A DNA stretch of 64,000 nucleotides from NCBI RefSeq assembly GCF_009914755.1, contig NC_060944.1. One strand, 5' to 3'. Below the pieces are notes generated by a model. It did not search any database. It saw only the letters and a list, made by a program, of their open reading frames with translations, and was not told the origin of the DNA. Source of the stretch: the human T2T-CHM13v2.0 reference genome, Homo sapiens. Both the position numbers and the translations under genes were made by a program. Of this stretch, positions 59,901 to 64,000 are shown one piece after another (within the stretch, counting starts at the first letter, position 1; every line of letters starts with the position of its first letter).

Positions 59901-60896
59901 GATTCCGCCCACAGCACTATGCTAGCAGCACTGCCCTATAGGGTGTGTCAGGAGTTCAGCGCATCCAGCGATGGAAGGGGAGAGTCCTCCTGACAACTTC
60001 AAGGTTGTCGAGGACAGCAAAACTCAACATTAGTGCTGGAGGCTTTGAAACTGGCGGCCCCAGACCTCAGCAGTCATCAGGGCTTCAGAGAAGCCAGAAA
60101 AATATGTGTTGCATCTGTTAAGTCATTGTTTAGTGGTTTATGACACAGTTACCTTAGTTCCTCAAGATACATATAATTTGGGGCCCCTTTCCAGGAGGGC
60201 ATTTCAATACACCATTTGAACCAATGATTCCACTTTTATTAATTTGCCTTTAGGCAATAATCAGGGCTGCCTGTGCAATCTTAACCACTTAGAAGTTTGA
60301 CTGTGTTCATAAGAGTGAAACATGAATTAGCTAAATACATTATGTACCGACAAGCAATATGTAGTCATTTAAAATTATGTCCTAAATAATTTAATGTGAA
60401 AAGTGTTGATATGGTAACTGAAAAGGTGTTATGAAACAGTATGCATAGCATGATCCTGAAATGACTGCAAAACACTGTGTACAGTACGATGCTGTTTTTG
60501 TTTAAAATGCCTATATGTGTTTATACAGTCACAGAAAAGAACTCTGTGAGGGGAGTCCTTCTTTGCTTCCCACATTCCTGCCTCTACTCACAAAACAGGA
60601 GCTTCCTCCAACTCTCTGGCTTTTTCAAGTACTAAGGAGGAAGTGCCCACTGGGGAGCAGACCCTCCACTTTAGACAGAATGGCCTATTGGTCACATTAA
60701 CACACAAGTAGATGGGAGTCATTGTGCCTGAAAACCTAAAACAGGAACTCCTCCTTTCCTGGGCTCTCCAACCCACTCCCTGAAGGCCATAGGTCCTTTT
60801 CCTGCCCAACCACGTCTCTTCTTTCTGGTTCTAGAGTCTCAGATTGTCTTGGGTAAGTGAAAACACTCATGCTCTCCCTGAGCCCCAGTTGCCTCA

Positions 60897-61222
<326 letters not shown>

Positions 61223-61347
61223 TGGATAATTTTTATTCCATTTGCCTCAATTCCTCATAAGTGCCAGTTAGACTCCTGGAGGGGAAAAGAAATGAGTGGT
61301 AGAATTCAGTCAACAATTCAGTCACCTGAATTCAGAATGGCATAAGG

Positions 61348-61550
61348 CAGTGGTTTTAAGAGATATTTGCGCCCCCAGGAGACATTTGGCAATATCTAGA
61401 GGCATTTTTTGTTGTACCAACAGGATTAGGGATTGAGGAGGGTGTTGTTACCAGCATCTAGTGGGAAAAGACCAGAAAGACTACAAAATACCCTACAATG
61501 CATCATCCAACCCAAAATGTTGAGGTAATGACAATGTTGGGAAACCCTAG
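61348..61550 (+). mobile_element. MER20-like hAT DNA transposon
   Basis: cagtggtt...gcccccaggagacatttggcaatatctagag...gcatctagtgg...gggaaaccctag. Confidence 0.75.
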
Positions 61551-63039
61551 TTTTAAAGATCTATGCCAAAGTGTTAACAGCAGCTTGTCTTCTATTTTCT
61601 ATATTTGTAATTTTTCTACAATATTTGTGTGTTGCTTTACTAAAAAGGAAAACAATAAAAGCTACTTTTACTTTTAAGACAAAGTGGCCATAGCATGTCA
61701 GAAGTTCAGATGTGGCCAAATGTTGGTGACTGTTGATAAAGAAAATAATAAACCTGGTTCTTACCAACAGCCCTTGGCACTCTTTGGAACCCCCCGTGGA
61801 ATGAAAATAGTGACTAAGAGGAAGAGAGATTGGATTTGATAGAGTCTACTCATAGACATGCATTATTAAAAAAGAAACTTAGCAAGGCAACCCGTGCCTA
61901 GAGACCTAGCCTAGTGGATTTCACGTTGGCTGACTTTTTTTCTGTTCACTCAAATGGTATGAATTTTTAGCTGCTGACACCACTGTATGGGTGGTGTGGG
62001 GCATGCCAGGGAGCATCTAGTTCTGGCTCCATAGGTTTATTATGGCTGGCCAGTCCTAATTAAAAGACTCCCTTTGTCTTGTCTTCAGGACTTCCAGACA
62101 TGGAACTGGGGCTTTATTTTTGGCTCTGGGCATCTATGCTGCTTCCTGTTATGTTGCCAGATTCATACGTAAGCTAAGGCAGCCCTAGAGGAATATTTCC
62201 CTCCCTTTATTCTTATTCCTTAGTACAGTTCTGGATCCACAGCCAATCAAGCGTATCATAGAAGAGCCAGCAACTCTGACGTGCAAAACGCCCATGTCCT
62301 GCCACCCCCAACATGCTGGTATTTTTGACAGTCCTCAATTAGAGCAGTACGGTTAACTTCAGCCTGTCATTTGTGTGGGTTAAGCTGTTTGAAAAATCCT
62401 TGAGGGATCAGCCAGTGGTGGGAGGATGATTTTCCTATAAACAAATGATGGAACCTCGATGTCTGGAAGATACTAGCTGTGGTTTGGTTCCTGGGGCCTT
62501 TTGAGGGGACAGAAATGTCAGCTCCCTTCTTCCTTGGCTCTCTGGGCTGTCTCACAGCTGGGACTGATGCTCTCCATTCCAGCATTGGAAGACCCTCAGG
62601 AGGCCTCCGGACCACAGAGATATCTGGTTCCAGTTTCATTTTATCATTGCTAGTGCTAAAGGTGTAACATTTATCCCCAAGTGACTATATAAAATAATTT
62701 CTTCAAGGGAGATCCTGGGTATGAAGTTCATATAAACACTTCAGAATAGCTAGAAAAGTTTATTTTGATTTTAGAATAATGTTTCACAAGGACTGAGTCA
62801 CCAAAACCACTCTTCCCATAAGTCCATTTCACTGGGAGAATATTTATACAAAAATCCTTAATATTGGGGTCGTGGGAGGGAAAGTGTGCAGATAATGTAA
62901 AAGGATTTTAATTCCGAAAGAAACAAAGAAAAAAAGAAGAGGACCAGCATATCCAGTTTTGTTTTACGTGATCTGAAATTTTATCTGATCTCTCAGTAGA
63001 TTGTTACCAAAATCCTGATATTAGAAAGAAGTCTCTATC

Positions 63040-64000
63040 CATTCACATATAACATGATAGTCTATGTAGAAATTTGCAAGAAATCTACAAAAAAGCACCA
63101 GAATTAATACATGAGTTTATCAAGGTCACGGGATACAAGATCAGCATTTAAAAATCAATCATATGTCTATACATTAGCAATCAACTACTGGAAATCAAAA
63201 TTTTAAAAAATAATACGGTTTAAAAATTACATAGTCTGGACATGGTAGCTCACACCTGTAATCCTAGTACTTTCAGAGGCAAAGGCAGGAAGATCTCTTG
63301 AGCCCAGGAGTTTGAGACCTGACTGGGCAACATAGGGAGACCCTGTCTCTATAAGAAATTTAAACATTAGCCAGGTATGGTGGCATGCACCTATAGTTCC
63401 AGCTACTCAGGAGGCAGAGCCCAGGAGGCTGAGGCTGCAGTGAGCCGTAATGGTGCCTCTGCACTTCAGCCTGGGTGACAGAGCAAAGTCCTGTCTCAAA
63501 AAAACAAAACAAAAACAAAAACAAGATGTAATTATGTATACATTTTAAAATATATGCAGAATCTGTATAATAAAAACTCCAAAAACTAATGAAAGAAAGA
63601 AGATCTAAATAAACGGAGAGACATACTGCATCCATGGACTGGAAGACTCAACAATATTAAGGTGTTAATTTTCCCACAAGATGATTTAAGGATTTAACTA
63701 AATTTCAATTGCCATCCCAGTTAACAATCTTTTGTACACATAGTAACACTGACTCTGACTCTAAAATTTACGTGGAAAAGCAAAGAAACTTAAAAGAGGC
63801 GAAAAATGTTGAAAAAAATAAACTTGAAGAAATCACATTATACAATTTTAAGGCTTACTTTAAAGCAATAATAATGAGAACCATCACAATTTAAAACTTA
63901 CGCTCTATGAAAAAAGAATGAAAGGCAAGCTACAGACTGAGATAAATATTTGCAAATCACATATCTGACAACTTATCATCATAATATATAAAGAATTCTC
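63040..64000 (+). mobile_element. Old L1M ORF2 fragment, interrupted by an AluJ-type element (about 63233-63523)
   Basis: ggatacaagatcagc...aaaatcaat and catggactggaagactcaac L1 motifs; diverged Alu with a (CAAAA)n tail. Confidence 0.8.

Overview
Mammalian (human-type, Alu-rich) genomic DNA. The only supportable protein-coding content is the 3' half of ISM1 (isthmin-1) on the + strand. It has three GT-AG exons joined in phase 1: 1885-2028 (thrombospondin type-1 repeat), 5720-5809 (linker) and 12287-12804 (AMOP domain and stop), followed by a 3' UTR of about 1.2 kb with clustered AATAAA signals near 13.74-13.99 kb. The remaining ~50 kb is intergenic-type sequence dominated by interspersed repeats: Alus (several with readable target-site duplications), THE1, MLT1, LTR16, MER57 and MER41 LTRs, a long decayed L1MC, L1MA and L1PA pieces, MER45 and MER20 DNA transposons, MIR and L2 fragments, and microsatellites. 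Nearly all other ORF-track entries are repeat-derived or antisense shadows. I found no wholly new multi-gene system. The best leads are an in-frame candidate alternative terminal exon at 38431 that would replace the AMOP domain, a cryptic stop-containing exon with tandem donors in the last intron, a MER41 LTR retaining two GAS/STAT motifs, a 37-bp E-box-containing duplication in the last intron, two CTCF-like motifs, and several small template-switch or retroposition scars. Repeat subfamily names come from memory of consensus sequences, and boundaries without a TSD are approximate.
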